IMG/VR virus record: IMGVR_UViG_3300045988_125011
Strand: one strand, 5' to 3'
Origin: a virus
Length of the DNA: 64,000 nucleotides
Shown here: positions 9,070-17,102 of the stretch, in pieces
How positions within the stretch are numbered: position 1 is the first letter of the stretch
How the letters are laid out: each line of letters begins with the position of its first letter
Notes under the pieces: model-generated
What the model saw: only the letters and a program-made list of their open reading frames with translations
The model's database searches: none
What the model was told of the DNA's origin: nothing
Made by a program: the position numbers and the translations under genes

Positions 9070-10563
9070 GTGTTCAAGACAAGCATTACATCGACACCGT
9101 TTACGTCAGAGGCGGCTAATAGCTTTTTTCAGAACATTACCGGAAGCTATTTTGGCAATGACTGTTCGTTCCTTTCAACGCTTCGTGCACTGGTTGCACC
9201 TCGAATCAAAGAGGACGAAAGTGTTTACCTGACTTTCGGTTCGACCAATTATGATGGGAACACTATCCGTAGCGTTCCAGCAGAACGTGCGGTTAGTGCT
9301 ATCTGTAGCAGTTATCAAATGAATGCCAGCGGTGCGCTCATAGTCCATAGCTTCAATGCTGACCAAAATAGCAATCTGGCTTGTATGCAGATTGTGGAGG
9401 ACAAGTTTACTTCTATCTACCCAGAGTATCACCGTCTTGATAAGGTCAAAGCGTTTTATCGGAAGTCATTCAATGTTGATTGTTATATCAACCCTGACAA
9501 GAAGTCGGTGATTGTCTTCGTTGACAATCTTGATGTTAAGAAAATGCATTACCTTCAGGTATCTATTCTTGCATTCATGCCGTGGTACCTAAATCAGGAT
9601 GATGGTTTGACAGAAGATGAGCTTGCATTGATGCAATCCTTGCGAGAAACAAATTCGGCAAACTATGAGAAGTACATTGCAAAGCTTGCCGAGGGATATG
9701 ATTTCAGAACAGCGCGGATTCGTCAGTTGCTGGGTGATTTTGAAACCAGATATGAGCGCATCGAATGCGATACTGTTCGCAATGAAATTCAATCTATTGA
9801 CATGGAGATTCAGCGACTCAATGATTCTATCGGCGCGTATCTGTCGCGCCGCAATGACAAGTGCATCAGATTGTTGGGACTTGAGCAAAGAATTGCAGAG
9901 GGCGGTGGAGATTCTGAAATCATGGATTATTTCCTCTGCAACAACAGACTTGTCCTGTCTCATGTTAGCAATACGGATATGTATTTCTCGGTTAAAGACT
10001 ACCTTGAATACTTTGACAGAGATATGGCTGAGCGAGCAATCAACAATAGAAGCAGTTATGTGTATCGACCGGATGGTGGCAACGGTCACAATGCGGCAGC
10101 TTCAGAGAAAATGCAGAAGCTGATGCAGGAGATTTTCGTAAGTGAAAATCCTCGGCTTAGAATCCGCTTTTGCGCAGCATATAGATTCGACCTGAATGGT
10201 AGTGTTTCTGCGCAGACTGGTGATTTTTCTGATTACACATTTGATGGTTATATGCCTAATACGCATATTGACCGTTATCATTGCATGGGCAATTACAGCA
10301 GGACTATCAATGAACTGCTGAGAAAACGAAATTATATCGGTGCACTTGAGCAGTGTATTGCGTCCTGTAAGAGTCTGAACTTCGGCGACAGTGCAGTTAT
10401 GGGCGAGTTTATGAGAACCATGTGGTCAAATAACACGGTCAGTCGTTGTATTGAGTTGCCAGATGGTCGCGTTGTAAAGCCGAACGAAGCAATTAGATGG
10501 CTTGATGAGCAGGAGGCAAAGGATGAGCAGACGGAGGAGGCGCAAAATGAGCAGACCAATTAA
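9070..10563 (+). CDS. hypothetical protein (497 aa), first gene of the operon with the JAB and E1-like genes
   Basis: Long ORF; its stop overlaps the JAB gene start; no catalytic motif recognised. Confidence 0.55.
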   Translation: MFKTSITSTPFTSEAANSFFQNITGSYFGNDCSFLSTLRALVAPRIKEDESVYLTFGSTNYDGNTIRSVPAERAVSAICSSYQMNASGALIVHSFNADQNSNLACMQIVEDKFTSIYPEYHRLDKVKAFYRKSFNVDCYINPDKKSVIVFVDNLDVKKMHYLQVSILAFMPWYLNQDDGLTEDELALMQSLRETNSANYEKYIAKLAEGYDFRTARIRQLLGDFETRYERIECDTVRNEIQSIDMEIQRLNDSIGAYLSRRNDKCIRLLGLEQRIAEGGGDSEIMDYFLCNNRLVLSHVSNTDMYFSVKDYLEYFDRDMAERAINNRSSYVYRPDGGNGHNAAASEKMQKLMQEIFVSENPRLRIRFCAAYRFDLNGSVSAQTGDFSDYTFDGYMPNTHIDRYHCMGNYSRTINELLRKRNYIGALEQCIASCKSLNFGDSAVMGEFMRTMWSNNTVSRCIELPDGRVVKPNEAIRWLDEQEAKDEQTEEAQNEQTN

Positions 10564-11479
10564 GTTGACGCAGGAACTCATTGATGAGTGCCGTCAAGAT
10601 TTTGAGAAGGCTTTGTCACTTACAAAGCTCTCGGATGGAAAGCTTTCTTTTACCAAAGCGTTCTCATGTGGTGACAGAAAGGCAGTAGTTTACTTCAGCG
10701 CAGAGGCGTGGGCAAAGATGACTATGCTTATCAAAGAGTTCGATAAAGAGGTCGCATGGCATGGTGTCGCACGTCGAACTGAAGATGAATCGCTTGACGA
10801 GTATGTCATCGATGACATCGTTGTCTATCCGCAGGAGGTAACCGGCGCAACGGTTGAGATGGACACCGAGAAATATGCTCTGTGGATTCAGGAAAACATC
10901 GAAGATGAGCGTTTCAACCACATCTATATGCAGGGACATTCCCATGTAAATATGGGTACGTCTCCATCCTCTGTTGACCTCAATCATCAAGAGGAAATCC
11001 TCGGGATGCTTGGCGATAATGACTTCTACATCTTTATGATTTGGAACAAGTCATTTGCAAGCACAAATAAAATCTATGACCTCAAGAAGAACGTGATGTT
11101 TGAGGATAAAGATATCACGGTCAAGATTATCGGTCAGAATGAAGGACTTGATGAGTTTATCAAAAACGCGAAGGATATGGTGAAGTCAAAGTCCTATGCG
11201 TATGGCGGTCAGAGCGGATACGGCGGTTACTACAATCAGGGATACAGGGGAGCTCCGGCTGGTGCTCCGTATAATCCACTTGCAGGTAAGTCCGACGACA
11301 AAAAGGACAGTAAGAAAGAAGAAAACAAGGATAAGTCATCTGGTAAAAAGAACGAGGGAGAGAAACCCAGAACCAGAATTGGAGCTGGTTGGCATGGACA
11401 GAATGCCTGCCAAGAATCAATGCATGGCTGGGAAGACGAAGATGACTACGACCCTTATGCATACTTAGGAGGTAAGTAA
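10547..11479 (+). CDS. JAB/MPN (JAMM) metallopeptidase-domain protein with a basic N-terminus and a Gly/Tyr-rich C-terminal tail
   Basis: HIYMQGHSHVNMGTSPSSVDL fits the JAMM H-x-H-x7-S-x2-D motif; start moved to ATG 10547 (RBS ggaggaggcgcaaa). Confidence 0.55.
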   Translation: MSRPIKLTQELIDECRQDFEKALSLTKLSDGKLSFTKAFSCGDRKAVVYFSAEAWAKMTMLIKEFDKEVAWHGVARRTEDESLDEYVIDDIVVYPQEVTGATVEMDTEKYALWIQENIEDERFNHIYMQGHSHVNMGTSPSSVDLNHQEEILGMLGDNDFYIFMIWNKSFASTNKIYDLKKNVMFEDKDITVKIIGQNEGLDEFIKNAKDMVKSKSYAYGGQSGYGGYYNQGYRGAPAGAPYNPLAGKSDDKKDSKKEENKDKSSGKKNEGEKPRTRIGAGWHGQNACQESMHGWEDEDDYDPYAYLGGK

Positions 11480-11480
11480 T

Positions 11481-12158
11481 ATGGCTATTGACCTGTCAAA
11501 GAGCTATGAATATTTTCAGCCCGAGAAGGTTGATTGTAGAATCCATATCGTCGGGTGTGGTTCTGTCGGCGCGACGGTTGCGGAGCTGCTGGTTCGCTTA
11601 GGACTCACGAACATCGCACTGTGGGATATGGACACAGTAAGTCCGCACAATCTGGCAAATCAGATTTTCCGTCAGCAGGACATTGGGCGCTCTAAGGTCG
11701 AGGCATTGGCGGATATTCTTTTCGACATCAATCCTGATGTTAAGGATGACCTGAAGCTTTACAAGGATGGGTGGAACGGGCAGCAGTTATCCGGCTATGT
11801 GTTCTTGTGCGTCGATAACATCGAGCTGAGAAAAAAGATTGTTGAGAAACACTTCGACAATCCGTATGTAAAGGCGATGTTTGATTTCAGAACTCTGCTG
11901 GAGGCTGGTCAGCACTATGCTGCTGATTGGTCTGACTACAAGATGAAGAAAGACCTCCTCAACTCCATGAATTTTACACACGATGAGGCGGCGGAAGAAA
12001 CTCCAGTCTCAGCTTGTGGCATCACGCTTGGCGTTGTGACTACGGTCAGAGTGATTTGTGCTCTGGGTGTGAGCAACTTCGTCAAGTACATCAGAGGCAA
12101 GGGGCTGAATAAGCTGATTATTTGTGACGCATTCCAGCCGCTGTTGGATGCGTTTTAA
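11481..12158 (+). CDS. ThiF/MoeB/HesA-family E1-like (ubiquitin-activating-like) enzyme, minimal form
   Basis: RIHIVGCGSVGATVAELLVRLG Rossmann GxGxxG nucleotide-binding motif typical of E1/ThiF; 225 aa. Confidence 0.65.
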   Translation: MAIDLSKSYEYFQPEKVDCRIHIVGCGSVGATVAELLVRLGLTNIALWDMDTVSPHNLANQIFRQQDIGRSKVEALADILFDINPDVKDDLKLYKDGWNGQQLSGYVFLCVDNIELRKKIVEKHFDNPYVKAMFDFRTLLEAGQHYAADWSDYKMKKDLLNSMNFTHDEAAEETPVSACGITLGVVTTVRVICALGVSNFVKYIRGKGLNKLIICDAFQPLLDAF

Positions 12159-12189
12159 TTTTCAAAAAGAACGAAGGGAGGGGTAAGGT

Positions 12190-12996
12190 ATGGACACGAC
12201 CGTTGGTGCTCTCAAAGTAGGTGCACAACTCGTGATGGGCAAGTACGGTGTGGACAAAGACAACCCGTACCCGATTGTTTGGCTGAAAGGAAATCCAAAC
12301 TGTGATTTTATCACAGAAAAAGCTATCGACTACCTGTGCTTCGATGCGGCAGAAGAGACTGGGCATTATAGGCGTGTTAATAATGCGAAGTATCCGGTGT
12401 CCAATCTGTTTTCGTTCTTGAACAGTGACCAGATGATGTGGTATCACGCAATGCACGATAATGATTCTTCACCCGGTGCCTTTGTGAGGTATAGTTATGC
12501 TCGCTATGAAGACCATTACGGGTTTCTATATTTCTTTGAAGACCACGAAATTGCTTCTTTGGTCAGGAAAGAGTATGTGGTCGGAGAGAACCGAGTGTCT
12601 TCGTTGATTCGCCTGCCATCAGTTGCAGATATTTTTAGCCTCCAAGATGGGCGGCGCTTTGACTTATTCAAAAGAAAAGGCATTCGTCCGAATCCGACAG
12701 CCGACTTGTTCGACCTGAAAGCTCGTTATGCAGGGCTTGATTCAGACCGTGGATTTATGAGCTTCTGGCTGTTAGACGATGTTGAGACCGAAAGAGCGGC
12801 GATTTCAAATCGCTCTGGTGTGTTAAACAGGCTGACAGCATCAAGCTGTTCCGGGGTAAGACCGGTGTGCACCTTGAACCCTGACACAATTGTCGAACAG
12901 CGAGAAGCTGGTGTGTTTTTCATCAAGCCATTCACAACTCAAAATGTCTTTACGGACGAAGAACTGTTTGAATTATTAGGTATGGCGCAGCCTTAA
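12190..12996 (+). CDS. hypothetical protein with a CLec/DUF1566-like C-terminus (...SSCSGVRPVCTL)
   Basis: The G-V-R-P-V ending is characteristic of FGE/C-type-lectin-fold domains; paralogous ending to the 7383 gene. Confidence 0.5.
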   Translation: MDTTVGALKVGAQLVMGKYGVDKDNPYPIVWLKGNPNCDFITEKAIDYLCFDAAEETGHYRRVNNAKYPVSNLFSFLNSDQMMWYHAMHDNDSSPGAFVRYSYARYEDHYGFLYFFEDHEIASLVRKEYVVGENRVSSLIRLPSVADIFSLQDGRRFDLFKRKGIRPNPTADLFDLKARYAGLDSDRGFMSFWLLDDVETERAAISNRSGVLNRLTASSCSGVRPVCTLNPDTIVEQREAGVFFIKPFTTQNVFTDEELFELLGMAQP

Positions 12997-13007
12997 TGCG
13001 CCACAGA

Positions 13008-13075
13008 CTGTAACGGATTTTCTCGTAAGAGAGCTTTACGCCAAAGGCTAAAGTAACAAATTGTCGGGAGGATGA
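13008..13075 (+). repeat. Copy 1 of a structured three-hairpin motif: GNRA hairpin tctcGTAAgaga, then cttta-CGCCAAAGGC-taaag, then agtaacaa and a gggagg..cccc hairpin. Lies upstream of the RT gene.
   Basis: Compared by eye with copies at 14558, 14836 and 31352; the stem flanking CGCCAAAGGC changes by compensatory substitutions between copies. Confidence 0.6.
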
Positions 13076-13385
13076 CCCCCGGTGGATGACGCGGTGGAAC
13101 CCAGAAAGCAAACTGGCTGCCACGGGTCGGCAGCATCACGCAATAAAACCAGCCAAATGTCAAGCACTTTTCGCCAAATCTTCGATACAAGGACGAAATG
13201 AACTGACATCAGACTCACGCTTTCAGTCGCAATAATTCCAAAGAAGAAAAAAAAATCTGCTCGCATCTTACACCACGTTTACACCATCTCCCGCATATAA
13301 GCGACTCAGTCTTCAGATTCAGGAATTCTGGGAAGCAGCAGACATATGTAGGTTACAGTTAGTTATTGGACAAGGAGGGGAAGAA

Positions 13386-14522
13386 ATGGTCTATATCACT
13401 GTTAGGCAGTCACCGATTTATCATCAGATGACACTGGAAGAGTACCTGTTTCAAAACTATCAGACACCTCCGGTTGTCAATGCCAATATTGCAAACACAA
13501 GAACATACGAGGTCGAAAATGTCAGTGAACATTTTTCCAGCAAGATTGGCGTTGAAGCTTTAATCGGAAAACTCGTGCGATTTAATAACGATACAGCAGA
13601 GCTTCGTGCAAAGGAACGGAGCGAGTTGTATGAGACTTTTTACATCCCAAAGAAATCTGGTGGTCTTCGTAGAATCGATGCGCCAAAGGCAGAGCTGATG
13701 GACGCCCTGAGAAGACTCAAAACGATTTTCGAGGATGATTTCCATGCACTCTATCATACTGCCGCGTTTGCTTATGTAAAGAAGCGGAGTACAGTCGATG
13801 CGGTTAAGCGTCACCAGAAGAACAGCAGCAAATGGTTCGCAAAGCTTGACCTGCACGACTTTTTTGGCAGCACAACATTGGATTATGCCATCTCAATGTT
13901 CTCGATGGTTTTTCCTTTTAGTGAGATTGTAAAAGAGCCACAGGGCGAGGCAGCATTGCGGACAGCTATGTCGTTAGCGTTCTTAAATGGTGGGCTACCG
14001 CAGGGTACCCCAATTTCACCGCTTATCACAAACGTAATGATGATTCCGGTTGATTTCAAACTGTCGAATACGCTCCGTAATTTTGAAAAACAGAGCTTCA
14101 TTTATACCAGATATGCGGATGACTTCATCATTTCATCCAAGTATGATTTTGATGTTCGTTCTGTTGAAGAGCTGGTAGTAAGTACATTGAACAGCTTTGG
14201 TGCCCCGTTCACAATCAATGCAAGCAAGACTCGGTATGGTTCATCAGCAGGGCGCAACTGGAATCTTGGCGTTATGCTGAATAAGGACAACGAGATTACG
14301 GTCGGTCATAAAAAGAAAAAGCAGTTCCAGTCAATGCTGTACAATTACATCACAGATAAGAACAATGGTGTCGCTTGGGAACGGAATGATGTACAGGTAA
14401 TGTATGGTCTGCATAGCTATTATCGTATGGTCGAAAAAGAGACCATCGACGCAATTGTAGCTTACATCAACAAGAAAATGAATGTGGATGTAATCCGTAT
14501 GATGAAGGACGACCTGCGGTAA
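13386..14522 (+). CDS. reverse transcriptase (retron/DRT/DGR-like single-domain RT, 378 aa)
   Basis: RT motifs FYIPKKSGGLRRI, LDLHDFF, GLPQGTPISPLITNV, YTRYADDFIIS (YADD box), plus retron-type AYVKKRSTVDAVKRH; RBS aaggaggggaagaaATG. Confidence 0.85.
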   Translation: MVYITVRQSPIYHQMTLEEYLFQNYQTPPVVNANIANTRTYEVENVSEHFSSKIGVEALIGKLVRFNNDTAELRAKERSELYETFYIPKKSGGLRRIDAPKAELMDALRRLKTIFEDDFHALYHTAAFAYVKKRSTVDAVKRHQKNSSKWFAKLDLHDFFGSTTLDYAISMFSMVFPFSEIVKEPQGEAALRTAMSLAFLNGGLPQGTPISPLITNVMMIPVDFKLSNTLRNFEKQSFIYTRYADDFIISSKYDFDVRSVEELVVSTLNSFGAPFTINASKTRYGSSAGRNWNLGVMLNKDNEITVGHKKKKQFQSMLYNYITDKNNGVAWERNDVQVMYGLHSYYRMVEKETIDAIVAYINKKMNVDVIRMMKDDLR

Positions 14523-14557
14523 CGTCTATAAATAACCCGCAATCCTGTAATGCATAA

Positions 14558-14632
14558 TTGCGAAAGCAATGCTTATCGCCAAAGGCATAAGTAACAACTT
14601 GATAGGGAGGAAAACCTCCCCAGAGGCGCATT
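14558..14632 (+). repeat. Copy 2 of the three-hairpin motif (ttgcGAAAgcaa, cttat-CGCCAAAGGC-ataag, agtaacaa, gggaggaaaacctcccc), immediately downstream of the RT stop
   Basis: About 55-nt direct repeat of copy 1 with covarying stems. Confidence 0.6.
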
Positions 14633-14835
14633 CACCTGCAGACTCAAGTCATCCTTCGAGGCTGGGAACCACACGGTGAGCAGCCCGAATCACTCGAATC
14701 CATTGTGGCACAATGGATTCAACGAGCCTGACCAAAGGATGTCGCACGCCAGACACTGGGTGCCGGAGCTCCTCCTCACGAGGAGCTACCTCCATGTAGA
14801 TTACAGGGTAATCAAATTATCATTTGCAGTGAATA

Positions 14836-14900
14836 ACATTTCGTAAGGAATGTGCTTCACGCCAAAGGCTGAAGTATCACTTTGCTGGACAGCACAATTC
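14836..14900 (+). repeat. Copy 3 of the hairpin motif (acatttcGTAAggaatgt, cttca-CGCCAAAGGC-tgaag)
   Basis: Same architecture; the stem again differs by compensatory changes. Confidence 0.55.
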
Positions 14901-15125
14901 CCCGCCCGCAGCCTGCTGCGAAGGCGCCTAAGCCAGCTGTACAGCTCATTAAAACTAATCTGGATGTCTCGTCACCTCCATCTGATGAGCGACCGACGAA
15001 CCCATTGTCTCCCAATGATTTCATCATCGCCACTTGGGATTTGAACTCGCTTTCAGCTCATCTAAATCCCGTCGTTACAGGAGATAAACAAAGAGACCAG
15101 AGCAGAATATACATATGGACTGCAG

Positions 15126-15824
15126 ATGAGAAAGGAACTGAGCATGATTTATGTCACTGGAGATACACACGCAAACATTGATATTGCCAAGCTTAATACA
15201 ACAAAGTTCCCACAACAAAAGGAATTGACGAAGAGTGATTTCGTAATCATATGTGGCGATTTCGGACTATGCTGGGACGGTTCGCATCGAGAGATGTGGT
15301 GGCAAGACTGGCTGACAGCGAAAAACTTTACGACACTTTGGATTGATGGCAACCATGAGAACTTTGATATGCTCTACCAGTTCCCGCTGATTGACAAATT
15401 TGGCGGAAAGGTGCGTGAAATCGCTCCTGACATCTATCATCTGGACAGAGGGCAGGTGCTCACGATTGATGGAAAGAAAATCTTCTGCATGGGCGGTGCT
15501 CGCTCTGTTGATAAAGAGTATCGCGTGGAACATATCTCATGGTGGAAAGAGGAAATGCCGTCCAGAGAAGAAATGGAACGAGCGATTGCAGCACTCGAAC
15601 AAAATAATTGGCGAGTTGACTATGTAATTACACATTGTGCGCCAAGGAGTGTTCAGACTCTGCTCGCAAGCTGGTACGAGAACGACCCGATGGTCAGCTT
15701 TTTGGATAGGGTTTGTTCCGACCTCACATTCAAGCGGTGGTTCTTTGGACATTATCATGTGGACAAGCAGGTCAATGAGCAATTTATTGCTCTGTATAAT
15801 AAAGTAATTCCAATGGAGTGGTAA
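15126..15824 (+). CDS. calcineurin-like metallophosphoesterase
   Basis: GDTHANID, CGDFG and GNHE metallophosphatase motifs; alternative start ATG 15144; the 3' end overlaps the first nucleotides of tRNA-Ser. Confidence 0.7.
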   Translation: MRKELSMIYVTGDTHANIDIAKLNTTKFPQQKELTKSDFVIICGDFGLCWDGSHREMWWQDWLTAKNFTTLWIDGNHENFDMLYQFPLIDKFGGKVREIAPDIYHLDRGQVLTIDGKKIFCMGGARSVDKEYRVEHISWWKEEMPSREEMERAIAALEQNNWRVDYVITHCAPRSVQTLLASWYENDPMVSFLDRVCSDLTFKRWFFGHYHVDKQVNEQFIALYNKVIPMEW

Positions 15825-15904
15825 GCCTAACGGTAAGGCAGCGGTTTGCTAAACCGTGAGTAATCCGAAAGGATGTGCAGGTTCAAGTCCTGTCCACTCC
15901 GCCA
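15815..15904 (+). tRNA. tRNA-Ser (anticodon GCT), long variable arm
   Basis: Acceptor ggagtgg/ccactcc; anticodon loop ttgctaa; CCA encoded. Confidence 0.8.
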
Positions 15905-15980
15905 AGGGGTGTGGTGCAATGGCTAACATAGCGGTCTCCAAAACCGTCAGATGGTGGTTCGAATCCATTCACCCCTGCCA
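15905..15980 (+). tRNA. tRNA-Trp (anticodon CCA)
   Basis: Acceptor aggggtg/cacccct; loop ctccaaa; CCA encoded; directly abuts tRNA-Ser. Confidence 0.8.
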
Positions 15981-16166
15981 GTTGTTGGGTAGCTCCCAAC
16001 TGATGTGAGCGATTATCGGCTTACCTCACAAAGAATGAAAATGCTTGCTGAAAACTGCGCTTGTCTTGATGCGTCAAGACCGGTTTGACCTGACGGAATA
16101 GGGGCTACGACTTTTCGGAGCGTAGTTGCCGGTAGCGTGTGACAATCTAAGCGAGAAGCCGACCAT

Positions 16167-16243
16167 GCGGCGTTGGTGTTCAACGGTTAGCACTCCGGTC
16201 TTCCAAACCGGTGGTGCCAGTTCGAGTCTGGTACGCCGCTCCA
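16167..16243 (+). tRNA. tRNA-Gly (anticodon TCC)
   Basis: Acceptor gcggcgt/acgccgc; anticodon stem ccggt/accgg; loop cttccaa; CCA encoded. Confidence 0.85.
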
Positions 16244-16360
16244 AGTAAGAAACCATTAAATTATGCGTTAAAGGAAATGCCTTTACGACACGTCAGAGCC
16301 TGCTCTGGAAGTCGGTTACAGGTTGGTTTGGCGGGACGCCGCTGCATGAGCCTGCAGATA

Positions 16361-16435
16361 CAGGGGTATGGTGAAGCGGTAACACAGCGGACTTTGACTC
16401 CGTTATTCGTAGGTTCAAATCCTACTGCCCCTGCC
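16361..16435 (+). tRNA. tRNA-Gln (anticodon TTG)
   Basis: Loop ctttgac; T-arm gtagg-ttcaaat-cctac; 75 nt; CCA encoded. Confidence 0.85.
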
Positions 16436-16595
16436 AAAATCATCTTCGGCATTAGAGCTTGTTTTCTATCCCTGCAATCCCTTGTGCCACGATGATTTAT
16501 CCATGATTCTCCTTTCACGCTATCAAAACTGCCATCATAGTGAGTTTGTATTGGTGGTGTTAATGACATCGCCATAGTTTCAGGATGGCATCTAT

Positions 16596-16671
16596 GCTGG
16601 AATAGCTCAACTGGTAGAGTAACGCTTTCGTACAGCGTGGGTTCTCGGTTCGACTCCGAGTTCCAGCTCCA
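16596..16671 (+). tRNA. tRNA-Thr (anticodon CGT)
   Basis: Acceptor gctggaa/ttccagc; anticodon stem acgct/agcgt; loop ttcgtac; CCA encoded. Confidence 0.85.
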
Positions 16672-16784
16672 TCTGCTCTGTTGGTCATGCTTACGTTTGT
16701 ACGGTTAGTTCATCACTCAACTGTTATCTCTGTAAGAGACACAGCCGGGTGCACACGGAGTCCTACGGGCGCAGGGCGTATCTA

Positions 16785-16858
16785 TGCTGATGTAGCTCAG
16801 TTGGTAGAGCAGCACCGGAAGTGCGAGCCGCTGGTTCAAGTCCAGTCATCAGCAGCCT
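16785..16858 (+). ncRNA. Degenerate tRNA-like element. Acceptor stem gctgatg/catcagc, D-arm and T-arm are canonical, but only 18 nt lie between D- and T-arms (4-bp stem gcac/gtgc, 5-nt loop), so it has no anticodon loop and ends GCC rather than CCA.
   Basis: Hand fold gives a total of 69 nt; cannot make a standard cloverleaf. Confidence 0.4.
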
Positions 16859-16898
16859 TTTAGCTAAAAGCTGACACCTCGGAAAGACGAGGGTGCAC

Positions 16899-16974
16899 GC
16901 TGGTGTAGCGTAATTGGTAGCGCAAGTGATTTGTACTCACTGGGTTGCGGGTTCGAGCCCTGTCACCAGCTCCA
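16899..16974 (+). tRNA. tRNA-Thr (anticodon TGT)
   Basis: Acceptor gctggtg/caccagc; anticodon stem agtga/tcact; loop tttgtac; CCA encoded; two G-U pairs in the T-stem. Confidence 0.8.
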
Positions 16975-17008
16975 ACGGACTGACATATCCGTTTTCCTTT
17001 CTGCCCCG

Positions 17009-17092
17009 GCACGCACTACTAAGCATTGATGGCGATGCTTATGGTGAGGATGGTTCGAACCCATCAGTAGTGCGTGTGCGTTCGGAAACAAA
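17009..17092 (+). ncRNA. tRNA-like or mini-helix structure: an 11-bp closing stem (cacgcactact/agtagtgcgtg) enclosing a 6-bp hairpin (aagcat..atgctt) and a canonical T-arm (gatgg-ttcgaac-ccatc), with no D-arm
   Basis: Structure read by hand in the spacer between tRNA-Thr and tRNA-Pro. Confidence 0.3.
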
Positions 17093-17102
17093 ACCATTAT
17101 AT

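Noticed and set aside
14981-15003. Hammerhead-ribozyme-like CTGATGAG...CGAAC core
   Set aside because: Stem II would be only 2 bp, and the conserved GAAA is one A short. Most likely a chance match.
12190-15125. Diversity-generating retroelement (target gene with a CLec-type variable region, then RT)
   Set aside because: No template repeat was found: neither C-terminal coding region (7900-8040 or 12700-12880) has a near-identical copy, even allowing A-specific mismatches, within 13000-13385 or 14523-15125. No avd-like small gene is present.
13000-15125. Group II intron carrying the RT
   Set aside because: The RT lacks maturase (X) and En domains. There is no domain V-like hairpin (AGC...GNRA) downstream, and no GUGYG 5' boundary at the right distance. 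The flanking non-coding lengths do not fit the I-III / V-VI layout.
16074-16575. Short ORFs on both strands inside the tRNA array (16074..16256-, 16211..16495+, 16261..16575-, 16681..16863+, 16914..17258+, 17039..17299-)
   Set aside because: Their translations are read-throughs of tRNA genes (GFEP and TSCSQSKR-type peptides) with no RBS.
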